The position numbers and the translations under genes were made by a program. Shown piece after piece: positions 1 to 8,801 of a stretch of DNA of 17,491 nucleotides. This DNA is from Oligoflexia bacterium (GTDB lineage Bacteria; Bdellovibrionota; UBA1018), in contig JAYTHP010000044.1 in NCBI GenBank assembly GCA_043732485.1, positions 1-17,491 of the forward strand. Reading direction: 5' to 3'. The notes under the pieces are model-generated. The model had not been told where the DNA came from. It worked only from the letters and a program-made list of their open reading frames with translations, and made no database searches. How positions within the stretch are numbered: position 1 is the stretch's first letter; each line of letters opens with the position of its first letter.

Positions 1-782
1 CCCTCCCGGTGCATGAGCGGTGTCGCAGTATCCCGCAGTCGCTTGCCGAAGTGCAAAGCGCCGCACGCAGCTTCACCGCAAGTGCTTACTGGCAAGAGCC
101 TCCGATGTTTTCTGCAAAAAAGAGCCAGGGCCAGCCGCTTTATAAATTAGCCAGACAGGGCCTGGAAATCGAGCGCGACCCGGTGTTGCGTCAGATCTTC
201 CACTTTGAGATCCTGGAGCTGACCCAGGGACGCGGCCGCTTTCAAGTCACCTGCAGCTCGGGCACCTACATCCGGGTACTGGCAAGCGATTTGGCCAAAA
301 AAATGCAGACCTTAGCCTTACTCGATAGCCTGAGGCGCACGCAATCGGGGTCCTTCACGCTTGCCAAAGCTCAGGCCCTTCCCGATTTGGCGCAAGCACT
401 GGCAACGCCGAATGGTCCACCCGCAAGCTTCATCCCGTTTTCGCAGCTGCTCCCGGACTTTCCTCGCATCGAGGTCACAGCCGCCCAGCGTCTGGCGCTT
501 TTTCGCGGACAACAAGCGGTGCTGGGAAGTCTCAGTTTAGCCGACCCTCTTCTCCCCGCTCTTCCGCTTCTTGCCGGCTGTTATTATGAAAACGAGCTTG
601 TGGCCGTGGTGCGCTCTGCGCCCGATCATCAGGCGCAAGCCCAGCCGAAAGCTCCTCAGCCACCAGGCAAGCCGGAGCTTTCCAGCCTAGGCGCTGTCGA
701 TCCCCAGCCCTCAACTGCAATCCCTCATCACCGCTGGCAGCTTGAGCGCTGTTTTCCAGACGCCTCGTTTTCAAAAATTTGA
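1..782 (+). CDS. truB: tRNA pseudouridine(55) synthase TruB, 5'-truncated by the window edge
   Basis: TruB motifs QEPPMFSAKKSQGQPLYKLARQG, VTCSSGTYIRVLASDLA and LRRTQSGSF are present. The frame is open from position 3, so GTG at 9 is not the true start. TGA stop at 780-782. Confidence 0.93.
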   Translation, partial: LPVHERCRSIPQSLAEVQSAARSFTASAYWQEPPMFSAKKSQGQPLYKLARQGLEIERDPVLRQIFHFEILELTQGRGRFQVTCSSGTYIRVLASDLAKKMQTLALLDSLRRTQSGSFTLAKAQALPDLAQALATPNGPPASFIPFSQLLPDFPRIEVTAAQRLALFRGQQAVLGSLSLADPLLPALPLLAGCYYENELVAVVRSAPDHQAQAQPKAPQPPGKPELSSLGAVDPQPSTAIPHHRWQLERCFPDASFSKI

Positions 783-813
783 TCGTCTCCGAGATCGTCT
801 CTAGGGTCGTCTC
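781..813. repeat. Three imperfect 12-bp tandem units with core (a/g)TCGTCTC
   Basis: gatcgtctc (781-789), cga-gatcgtctc (790-801) and tag-ggtcgtctc (802-813), directly after the truB stop. Confidence 0.75.
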
Positions 814-832
814 AGCCTGAAGGCCACCCGGT

Positions 833-851
833 GAAAAACCCAAGGTTTTTC
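833..851. other. Perfect 8-bp inverted repeat (possible weak terminator or operator)
   Basis: GAAAAACC-caa-GGTTTTTC, followed by gaggctttt, about 50 bp downstream of truB. Confidence 0.4.
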
Positions 852-1021
852 GAGGCTTTTCTCCCCTTCACCCCACCCCCACCCCGCAAATCATACTACC
901 CGCACTCCCCCGGAAAAAAGCCTTGCTCGATCCTCAACGTACTGACCAGTCACTCAAGACACACCCCCTCACGCAGGTCAAGGCCTAGGATCAGGCGACC
1001 CTGGTGACGCGCAAAAAATAC

Positions 1022-1048
1022 TCAAGCTTTTTTCAATATTACCGAAAA
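1022..1048 (+). promoter_or_regulatory. Putative sigma28 (FliA) promoter of the chemosensory cassette
   Basis: TCAA (1022-1025)-N15-ACCGAAAA (1041-1048) versus consensus TAAA-N15-GCCGATAA. Spacing is exact and the site lies upstream of an MCP gene. Confidence 0.65.
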
Positions 1049-1148
1049 AAACTAAAGCTCGTCATTTGATCTCTTAGTCTGACTGCTTAGCTTTTTGACC
1101 ACCCCTGCACCTCATGAATTAACCCCACGACCCCTGGAGAGCACCCTC

Positions 1149-3113
1149 ATGCAAGCTGTACCCACTTTGAATCTGACTCCGAGCGACACTGCCACCGACT
1201 CCACCCCCCAAGACCCCACCTCTGCTCGTGAGGGGGCGTTCTCGGCCCAAGAAGCCTTGTCGCAGCTGACGGCTTTGAACCGGGTGCAAGCGGTTGTGGA
1301 GTTTAAGCTCGATGGCACGATTCTGACGGCCAACGACAATTTTCTTAAGACCATGGGATATAGCTTGCAGGAAATTCAAGGCCGCCACCATCGCTTGTTT
1401 TGTGACCCGGTCTTTGCGGCCTCAAGCGAGTACCACAGTTTCTGGAACCGTCTAGCGCGCGGGGAATTTCAAGCAGCCGAGTACAAGCGCCTCCACAAAT
1501 CAGGCAAAGAAGTCTGGATCAATGCCTCTTATAACCCAGTTTTTGATTCCACCACTGGCAAACCCATCAAGGTTATTAAATTTGCCACCGACGTGACGGC
1601 TGCAAAACTGCGCAATGCGGAATTTGAAGGCAAGATCACGGCAATCAGTAAGGCCCAAGCGATCATTGAGTTTAATGTCGATGGCACGATCCTAACTGCT
1701 AATGAAAACTTCCTCAAAGCCATGGGTTACAGCTTAGACGAAGTGCAAGGTAAGCATCACCGGATCTTTTGTGAACCCACCTATAGCGATAGCCAGGAGT
1801 ACCAACGTTTCTGGGCCGCCTTAGCGCGTGGTGAGTTTCAAGCGGCTGAGTACAAACGGCTCCACAAATCAGGCAAAGAAGTTTGGATCAACGCCTCTTA
1901 TAACCCCATTTTAGATGCCAACGGCAGGCCTTTTAAGGTCGTGAAATTCGCCACCGACGTGACGGCAAGCAAGCTGCGTAACGCCGAGTTTGAAGGCAAG
2001 ATGAATGCCATTGACAAAACCCAGGCTGTGATTGAATTTACGCCGAGCGGCACGGTGCTGACTGCCAACGAGAACTTCCTAAAAACCATGGGCTACCGCT
2101 TAGATGAGATCCAGGGCAAACACCACCGCATGTTTTGTCTCCCCGAGGAAACAAAGAGCGCAGAGTATCAGGAGTTTTGGAGAAAACGGGGCGAGGGCGA
2201 GCACGCGGCTGGGACCTACCAGCGGCTCGACCATACTGACAAACCGGTTTGGCTGCAAGCCAGCTATAATCCCATCTTGGACTTAAACCACAAGGTGATC
2301 AAGGTGGTGAAGTTTGCCGTGAACATCACCGAGAAGGTCACCTCAGAAAAGGCACTGGTCACGGAACTCATCCAAATTGCCGATACTTTTGTCGCAAAAA
2401 CCAAAAATATTGCCACCCAAGCCACCACGGTGGCCGGAGGCGCACAATCGCTCGGTGCCACCACCGAGGAGATGAATGCTTCAGTTGAGGAGCTCAGCGC
2501 CTCGATTGCCTCCATCGCCCAAAACGGAAAATCTGCAGACACTCTTGCCAAAGCCACGCAACAAGAAGCCGATTTAGGGACCAAAGCCATTGCCCGGTCG
2601 TTTGAGGCGATGGAATTGATCAATAAATCCTCAGAAGAGATCAACGAGATTGTCAAAGTGATTAGCGAAATTGCCGGACAAACCAACTTGCTGGCTTTTA
2701 ATGCAGCCATTGAAGCCGCGCGTGCAGGCGAGCACGGCTTAGGCTTCTCGGTGGTCGCTGATGAAGTGCGCAAACTCGCTGAGCGCTCCTCCCAAGCCAC
2801 CAAAGACATCTCCAAGCTGATCCACGAGTCCGTCAAGCGGGTAGCGCAGGGGGGAGAAGTCTCCAAAGAAGCAGCCCAGGCGTTTAAGAAAATCGTCGAT
2901 GGGGTGGGGAAAACCACCCAAGCGATTTCTGAGATCTCGGTGGCCACCCAGGAACAACAAACCGCGGCCAAGTACGTGGCGACGGCCATTCAGCAGGTGG
3001 CTGATGGCACGGAGAAATCAGCCATTTCTTCCGACTCGATTGCGCAATCGGCCAAAGATCTGGCGCTGGGGTCGGATCAACTGCGGGCGGCTGTGCAGAA
3101 GTTTGCAGCTTAA
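1149..3113 (+). CDS. Soluble methyl-accepting chemotaxis protein with three tandem PAS domains (BdlA-like)
   Basis: Three ~122-aa PAS/PAC repeats (AVVEF..DGTILTANDNFL..MGY...WINASYNP...VIKFATDVT), no transmembrane segment, and signalling domain IAGQTNLLAFNAAIEAARAGEHGLGFSVVADEVRKLAERS. ATG 1149 is preferred over TTG 1095 because GGAGA lies 8 nt upstream. Confidence 0.95.
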   Translation: MQAVPTLNLTPSDTATDSTPQDPTSAREGAFSAQEALSQLTALNRVQAVVEFKLDGTILTANDNFLKTMGYSLQEIQGRHHRLFCDPVFAASSEYHSFWNRLARGEFQAAEYKRLHKSGKEVWINASYNPVFDSTTGKPIKVIKFATDVTAAKLRNAEFEGKITAISKAQAIIEFNVDGTILTANENFLKAMGYSLDEVQGKHHRIFCEPTYSDSQEYQRFWAALARGEFQAAEYKRLHKSGKEVWINASYNPILDANGRPFKVVKFATDVTASKLRNAEFEGKMNAIDKTQAVIEFTPSGTVLTANENFLKTMGYRLDEIQGKHHRMFCLPEETKSAEYQEFWRKRGEGEHAAGTYQRLDHTDKPVWLQASYNPILDLNHKVIKVVKFAVNITEKVTSEKALVTELIQIADTFVAKTKNIATQATTVAGGAQSLGATTEEMNASVEELSASIASIAQNGKSADTLAKATQQEADLGTKAIARSFEAMELINKSSEEINEIVKVISEIAGQTNLLAFNAAIEAARAGEHGLGFSVVADEVRKLAERSSQATKDISKLIHESVKRVAQGGEVSKEAAQAFKKIVDGVGKTTQAISEISVATQEQQTAAKYVATAIQQVADGTEKSAISSDSIAQSAKDLALGSDQLRAAVQKFAA

Positions 3114-3133
3114 AGCGTCTACCCACAAAAACC

Positions 3134-4048
3134 ATGAGTGACCCCCAAAACGTCAACACACTCACCCTAGACAAACCGTTTGCAGCCCTCAGTGAACCGT
3201 GCTTTCAGCAGTTTCTGACGCTGATCCATCACCTGACTGGCATGACGGTGGCTGCCAATCGCAAAGTGATGGTCGAAGGGCGCGTGAGGAAGCGTGCCAC
3301 CCAGCTAGGCTTACCGCATTTTGAAGCCTATCTGGAGTGCTGTAAAAACGATCCCAGCGAAACTCTGACGTTCATCCATCTGATTACCACCCACGAGACC
3401 TATTTTTTTCGCACCCCCCGCATCTGGGATTACATTTCTGAGAAACTACTCCCCCAGTGGCTAGCACAAAACCCCCAAGGCGTCTTCCAGGTCTGGTCTG
3501 CCGCAAGCGCTTCGGGCGAGGAAACCTACTCGCTTGCCACCGCTTGCCAGGCCTTCAAAATGCAGCACCCCCAGTTTCATTACCAAATCCTTGGAACCGA
3601 TATCTCCAGCGAGATGATTGCCAGGTGTCAAGCGGGACGCTATGAGGGCAGGGCCGTAGAGCTTTTTCAGCAGAGCAAACCCGAGTGGTTTGCAAGCTAC
3701 TTAAAGCCCGTTGGACCCTCAGGGTACGAAGTGCGAGCAGAGCTGAAAGCCCATGTTATTTTTCGAGAGCATAATTTATTTCACCCCCTGATCCTCTCTA
3801 GCCAGCAGTTTGACTTAATTTTGCTTCGTAACGTCTTGATCTATTTTGCCAATCAAGATCAAGAGCGCGTCTTAGCGCTACTCGCAGCAAAACTCAAGGC
3901 AGGCTTGGGACGACTGATCATTGGTGAGTCCGAGTCCCTGTCTCACATCCAGACCCCTTACCTTGCGCTTGAGCCCTTCATCTACCAAAAACCTGAAGCA
4001 CACCCTGCCGCCCTCCAAGCCCCACCGCAACAGGGAACCAAGCCATGA
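3134..4048 (+). CDS. cheR: Chemotaxis protein-glutamate O-methyltransferase CheR
   Basis: Motifs TTHETYFFRTP, VWSAASASGEETYSLA, ILGTDIS, FDLILLRNVLIYF and LIIGESES. Confidence 0.95.
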   Translation: MSDPQNVNTLTLDKPFAALSEPCFQQFLTLIHHLTGMTVAANRKVMVEGRVRKRATQLGLPHFEAYLECCKNDPSETLTFIHLITTHETYFFRTPRIWDYISEKLLPQWLAQNPQGVFQVWSAASASGEETYSLATACQAFKMQHPQFHYQILGTDISSEMIARCQAGRYEGRAVELFQQSKPEWFASYLKPVGPSGYEVRAELKAHVIFREHNLFHPLILSSQQFDLILLRNVLIYFANQDQERVLALLAAKLKAGLGRLIIGESESLSHIQTPYLALEPFIYQKPEAHPAALQAPPQQGTKP

Positions 4049-4524
4049 GTGTCGCCGAGATCATGGTTCACATGGGAGAAGTGAAAATCGCCAAACACGG
4101 CGAAGTCCTCAAAAGCCTGCTCGGTTCTTGCGTGGCTGTTGCCTTTATCTGGAAGAAAAAACAACTCTGCGGTCTGGCTCATTGCTTGCTCCCCATCAAC
4201 CACGAACCCAGCTTTGCCATGAGTGGGCGTTTCGTCAACCAAGCCATTCCAAGCCTGGTGGCCTTAATGAACCTAGAGTCGCAAGACCTCGCCGAGCTGG
4301 AAGTGATCGTGGTTGGCGGCGGCAACCTGACCCAGCCTGGCGCTCACACCACCCAAAACCTTGTGGGATCACAAAACTTACAAGAAGCCTTGCACCAGCT
4401 TGAGCTGCTCGGGATACAACCTACTTACCTAGAGCGGGGCGGTGAAGAAGGTCGCAAAATCACCCTGTGCTCGCTTGACGGCAGCTACTCCATTGAGCGC
4501 GTGGCCGCGATGCAGCGCGATTGA
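4045..4524 (+). CDS. cheD: Chemoreceptor glutamine deamidase CheD
   Basis: VHMGE, LLGSCVAV (catalytic Cys), GLAHCLLP (His), VVGGGN, VGSQN and GGEEGRKI. Overlaps cheR by ATGA. Confidence 0.92.
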   Translation: MSVAEIMVHMGEVKIAKHGEVLKSLLGSCVAVAFIWKKKQLCGLAHCLLPINHEPSFAMSGRFVNQAIPSLVALMNLESQDLAELEVIVVGGGNLTQPGAHTTQNLVGSQNLQEALHQLELLGIQPTYLERGGEEGRKITLCSLDGSYSIERVAAMQRD

Positions 4525-4539
4525 AAGGAAGAAAACACG

Positions 4540-6216
4540 ATGGAACCCACACTCACAGCCCCTCCCTCAGCCGACGACACCACCACCCCCAAGCCTGCTA
4601 GCGACGATCCCGCGCCGCTGCTTACCCTAGACGCCCCCTCTGCGCAGACTGCTCGTGTTACGGGTCTGCCAGACGACCCACGAGCGCCAGACAAGGAAGA
4701 AAAAAACAAGCGCGAAATTTTTGGCTCCTTCTTCCTCAACGACTCGGAATTTGCCCTGCCCGTGACCACAATCCAAGAGGTGATCAACCCCCCTGCAGCT
4801 TACACCGCGTTACCGCTGGCCCCTGCCTACGTCTTAGGCCTCCTCAATTTACGCGGCATGATCATCCCGGTGGTGGATTTGAAAAAGTTACTCAAGATGC
4901 CGGCTGGCAGCACGCACCAGAAAATCACCATCCTGAAACTGAACGGCCATTGCATCGGCCTGCTGTTTGATCGCACCGGCGAGATTTTCCCCAGTCTCAG
5001 CGAGGAGCGATCGGAATTTGTCGATGAAGCGGGCGAACTTGCGGTGATTAGCGGCGCATTTAAGAAAGACCAAGGCAGGCGCTTGATCCAAATTCTTGCG
5101 GCAGACGCCCTTTTTGTCCTCAAGCACCTCCCTCACCCCAAGGCGCAACCACCACAAAAAACCCAACTGCGGGGCCAGCGCCAGCAATGCATCTCGTTTC
5201 AGGTGGGTGGGGCACTGTGTGCCATCAAGATTGATCAAATTCAAGAAATTCTTAAGCTTGAAAAAATCAATGAGTCAATCATCTCAGTCGCCTACTGCTT
5301 AGGATCAATTGACTCCCGGGGCACCACCGTGCCTGTAGTCGATTTTGCCGCCTTTCTAGGCTACCCAAAAACAGAATTAGAGACGATCACAACCACGACC
5401 ACCGCTGCCCCACCCCCGCCGCACGCCACAGGAGCACTCGATGATCGCAGGATCATTGTCATGTGCCTGCAAGACGAACGCTTTGGCATACTCGTCCAGC
5501 GCGTCGAGAATCTCGTCAGCTTCTACCCCCCGGATCTTAAGCCCTTTCCTTTACTTTCTGCTGACCACGCCAAGATCTTTAGCGGCCTGATCACTTTGCC
5601 AGAAAAAGAAGACCTGCTCTTACTCGAGCATGAGCAGATCTTCTCGCGCCAAGAAATCCAGGACATGACCCACGGCCACTCCCGGATCTATCAAGCCAAA
5701 AACTCCCAAAATCTCAAGCAAAGCACAAAAGAACAACGCCGCACCTTTATCACCTTCACCGTAGAAACGCCCTTTGCCATTTCTATTCACGAAGTCAAAG
5801 AAATCATCCAACCCCCCACCGTCCTTTTGCATCCCCCAGGCCTCCCACCCCACTGCCAGGGCATTCTCAATTTGCGAGGCGAACTCGTCACTCTCATCGC
5901 CGGCCGAGCACTGTTGGGTTACCCGCCTGCCATCCACACCAGCCCGAGCAAAGTCTTGATCTTCAAAAAAGGTGATTTACACTTTGGCTTGATCGTCGAT
6001 TCGGTGGAAGCTATCGTGTCCTCAGTCGCAGCCCAACAACTGAAAATGCCTGACTTGTTTTATCAAAAAGACGACACCTCCAACACGACGCCAGCTTTGC
6101 ATGTTACCGAGGCCCTGGAACTAAAAAATAAAACCCAGCCGCAACAAAAAGAACAACTCGTCCCAATTCTAACGTTTGACGCGCTTGCAGCTCAGCTCCA
6201 GCCCATTGCAGCCTGA
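4540..6216 (+). CDS. cheW: Triple-domain CheW adaptor protein
   Basis: Three CheW domains: FALPVTTIQEVI..LGLLNLRGMIIPVVDL; CAIKIDQIQEIL..LGSIDSRGTTVPVVDF; FAISIHEVKEII..GILNLRGELVTLI..FGLIVDSVEAIV. AAAGGAAG upstream of the ATG. Confidence 0.92.
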   Translation: MEPTLTAPPSADDTTTPKPASDDPAPLLTLDAPSAQTARVTGLPDDPRAPDKEEKNKREIFGSFFLNDSEFALPVTTIQEVINPPAAYTALPLAPAYVLGLLNLRGMIIPVVDLKKLLKMPAGSTHQKITILKLNGHCIGLLFDRTGEIFPSLSEERSEFVDEAGELAVISGAFKKDQGRRLIQILAADALFVLKHLPHPKAQPPQKTQLRGQRQQCISFQVGGALCAIKIDQIQEILKLEKINESIISVAYCLGSIDSRGTTVPVVDFAAFLGYPKTELETITTTTTAAPPPPHATGALDDRRIIVMCLQDERFGILVQRVENLVSFYPPDLKPFPLLSADHAKIFSGLITLPEKEDLLLLEHEQIFSRQEIQDMTHGHSRIYQAKNSQNLKQSTKEQRRTFITFTVETPFAISIHEVKEIIQPPTVLLHPPGLPPHCQGILNLRGELVTLIAGRALLGYPPAIHTSPSKVLIFKKGDLHFGLIVDSVEAIVSSVAAQQLKMPDLFYQKDDTSNTTPALHVTEALELKNKTQPQQKEQLVPILTFDALAAQLQPIAA

Positions 6217-6287
6217 AGCAGAGTCCTAGCGCGGGATTGACACATCTCAGGGTCACATCCGCGTCACCTACGGATCGCCCGCCCGTT

Positions 6288-8801
6288 TCACGGCAGCTGG
6301 AGCTCCTGCGCCGTTGCAGTGGCGCCGCCTTGCGGCACTTCACCTTGCTTCCGCCGTTGCCACTTGAGCCGCAGCGGACGCTGCAGCAGCCGCTGCTCAA
6401 TTTCCCACAGATCAAAATCAGCCGCGCTTTGACCATTGACCTCTAAAATCTCATCCCCCACGCGCACTCCAGCCTGCCGCATGCGCTCCGAGAGCGATCC
6501 TGCTGGTCTTGGGACTGCTGCAGGACCACTCACGCCACCTGGTCCCGGCTCCAGCCGATCCTGACTCGCTAGACGCTCAGACCCACTCGCCTGCCCGCTT
6601 GCGAGCCAGCCTAAAACCTTCAACACTCGCTCGCCGCCCTTAGGCTCCGCCGTCTCCGACGACGCCGCAGACAACAACAACCGCTGATTGGCCCACTCAA
6701 AGGCCAACGCAGGTAGCTCGTCTCGTGCCGTGTCCTCAACAGTGCCCTCCCCCCAAGGGGTGGCCTGCCCAGCCTGCGCAAAAACGAGCCTCTGCTGCTG
6801 CATGCCAGTAGCACCGGCGCCTGCTGTTGCCTTTGTGCCCCCCCCCACCTCCTCCTCCTGCTCCACAGCTAACCCCAAGCGTCCTAGCCCGGCAAGCAGC
6901 CAAAAATGCGAGCTCGTCACGCGTCGACTTCTACCAACACCCACACTCCCACGAACACTTCTAAGACCAGCGCGATGCCTGCTCTCCCCCCCGTCTTGAG
7001 CTTCTTGCGCGTTTTGCGTGCCTGGCAAGGCAAAGAATGCGGATGCGGAGGGGGAGTCTGCTGCTAAAGACCATAACGGCAGCCCGATTTTCACCACCCC
7101 CCAGGCGGGATGCACTAGCTGATGATCCGCCGTTTGCACCAAAGGGAGCCAAAAAAAGCCTGCCAACCCATCACCCCAGGCTTGTTTTTGACTCGAACGC
7201 TGCTGAGACTGAGGCTCCTTGCTGCCTTCTGCGATCCAGCCAGGGAAGCCCTCTTTGGACCAAATCTTCAGCCAAGCGGAAGATTTTCCCGCAAAAAACT
7301 CCATAGGGTAACGCGATAAAAAATCCACCCCTAAGACGCCATCACAGCAGCTCCCCACAAACTGCGGCGGCTCAAAAAACTTTGTCGCCGGGGTGATTAA
7401 AAACGGTAACGAGGGCAACTCCATGCCCTGTAAACTGAGCTGCGGCAAAAAACCCACCGGCGCTTGCTGCCTTTGCAACGGGATGCCATTTTTTTGCAGC
7501 CAGTCAGGCGACACTTTGCTTTGTGCCACCCCAGCATCCAGCAAAAAATAGCCGCGAACCTTCCGTCCTTGCCAATTCATCCTCAGCTGCACGCTCCACT
7601 GACCTTGCCATAATTTGGCAGGCGCTTGGACAAGCAGTCGGGGAACCTGAGGCTGCAGCGGTGTTGTTTGCTTTCCTCCCCCCACCCCCGTCGTCGTTGC
7701 CGAAGGTGGCCTGAAATGATCGCACCCATCACCGCAGCCGTCGCCGCTATCCCGCCAACCCCACTCCCACAACGACGACCGTGGACTGCTCTCTTGGCTG
7801 GTTGCAGCAGCCGTCCCCCCCCACTCTTGACCCGCAACAGCAGTAGGGGGAGCTGAGTCCGCTAAAGTGGCTTGCGCGGGGATCCCCCCCTGTTTTTTGG
7901 GGCAAATCCCCGCTTGGAGAGCTTGCGACTGATAAAACTGCCACTCCTCCAGTCGCAGCGCTTGCAACTCCTGACGCCACTGCGCTTCCAATTGCGCGCG
8001 CCACTGCGCCATCAAGCTTGCGCCAGCGGCTTTTGCTTGCTGCGGGGTGATCCCTGAGGACATCTGCAGCCGTTGTTTGAGCAGGATCCAATGGTTTTCA
8101 ACCAGCCGCTTGTACCGGGTTTGTGCTTGATGGAGCGCAAACTGGGCGCCTTCTTCAGTCGACCACATGGCCTCTTGCAAAGTCGGTCGCGCGACACAGC
8201 TGAACTCCTCTAGCTTCCGAAAGCCCCCCTGCCACGCTCCCCCCCCCTGCGGCTCGCCAGCACCCCTAGTGCCCGTACCGGTCCCACCACAGCTTGACTG
8301 CCGCACGTAGGCTTGCGTCTCGCTTTGAAACCCCCGTAAGTGAGGACGAAAATTCCCCTGAACTGAGTGATCCTTGCGCACCTCAAGCGGCAAGAAGCTG
8401 AGCTCACGCTTCAGGTACCAGCTGCGCCACTGCGGGTTCTCAGCCGGAGGCTCCCATTGCCATAATTTTAGAGTGGTGAGGGGTTCTGTCGCCTGTTGAA
8501 AACGAAACACTCGGAGATCTTCCGTCGCTAGGGCTTGAGAGGATAACGCTTGAGACGACAACGCTTGGGAAGCCTCAGCTTGTGGCGCTGGACGGTGCAT
8601 CAAGACCCGAGGGTTCGCGCCGCCTAGCTCGCCGGCATGCAGCGGGAAGAGCATTTTTTCACCCAGCAACGCTCCCAAAAGCGCGCCCAGAAACCTCAAA
8701 TCCGTCCTTCGTATTTGCCCGTTATTGACGCTAATGACGTTTATGATGAGAAGCTGCTTGAGTCGCAAAAACTTAACGCTCACCTTAACACCCCCCCCCA
8801 C
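6288..8801 (-). CDS. Putative exported retropepsin-like aspartyl protease-family protein with a C-terminal PDZ domain and an unknown N-terminal region
   Basis: RGYFLLDAGVAQSKVS resembles the D[TS]G catalytic motif. CCDGVLGVDFLSRYPMEF matches the retropepsin G-x-LG-x-DFL motif. The C-terminus AGVRVGDEILEVNGQS is a PDZ signature. There is a hydrophobic signal-like stretch RFLGALLGALLGEKMLFPLHA. Start codon is uncertain. Confidence 0.65.
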   Translation of the reverse strand: MGGGVKVSVKFLRLKQLLIINVISVNNGQIRRTDLRFLGALLGALLGEKMLFPLHAGELGGANPRVLMHRPAPQAEASQALSSQALSSQALATEDLRVFRFQQATEPLTTLKLWQWEPPAENPQWRSWYLKRELSFLPLEVRKDHSVQGNFRPHLRGFQSETQAYVRQSSCGGTGTGTRGAGEPQGGGAWQGGFRKLEEFSCVARPTLQEAMWSTEEGAQFALHQAQTRYKRLVENHWILLKQRLQMSSGITPQQAKAAGASLMAQWRAQLEAQWRQELQALRLEEWQFYQSQALQAGICPKKQGGIPAQATLADSAPPTAVAGQEWGGTAAATSQESSPRSSLWEWGWRDSGDGCGDGCDHFRPPSATTTGVGGGKQTTPLQPQVPRLLVQAPAKLWQGQWSVQLRMNWQGRKVRGYFLLDAGVAQSKVSPDWLQKNGIPLQRQQAPVGFLPQLSLQGMELPSLPFLITPATKFFEPPQFVGSCCDGVLGVDFLSRYPMEFFAGKSSAWLKIWSKEGFPGWIAEGSKEPQSQQRSSQKQAWGDGLAGFFWLPLVQTADHQLVHPAWGVVKIGLPLWSLAADSPSASAFFALPGTQNAQEAQDGGESRHRAGLRSVRGSVGVGRSRRVTSSHFWLLAGLGRLGLAVEQEEEVGGGTKATAGAGATGMQQQRLVFAQAGQATPWGEGTVEDTARDELPALAFEWANQRLLLSAASSETAEPKGGERVLKVLGWLASGQASGSERLASQDRLEPGPGGVSGPAAVPRPAGSLSERMRQAGVRVGDEILEVNGQSAADFDLWEIEQRLLQRPLRLKWQRRKQGEVPQGGATATAQELQLP
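8533..8574. repeat. 15-bp tandem microrepeat (x~3) encoding SQALS-SQALS-SQALA
   Basis: gcttgag/gcttggg recurs at 8533, 8548 and 8563. Confidence 0.7.

Noticed and set aside
781..813. Possible CRISPR or iteron array
   Set aside because: Only three 12-bp units, with no spacers and no cas or rep gene.
2264..2989. 241-aa antisense ORF and other minus-strand ORFs inside the MCP gene
   Set aside because: They are shadows of a well-supported MCP, they recur with the PAS period, and they show no independent motifs.
6217..6287. Terminator between cheW and the convergent protease gene
   Set aside because: Only an imperfect stem (cgcgggattgac/gtcacatccgcg) with no U-tract on either strand.
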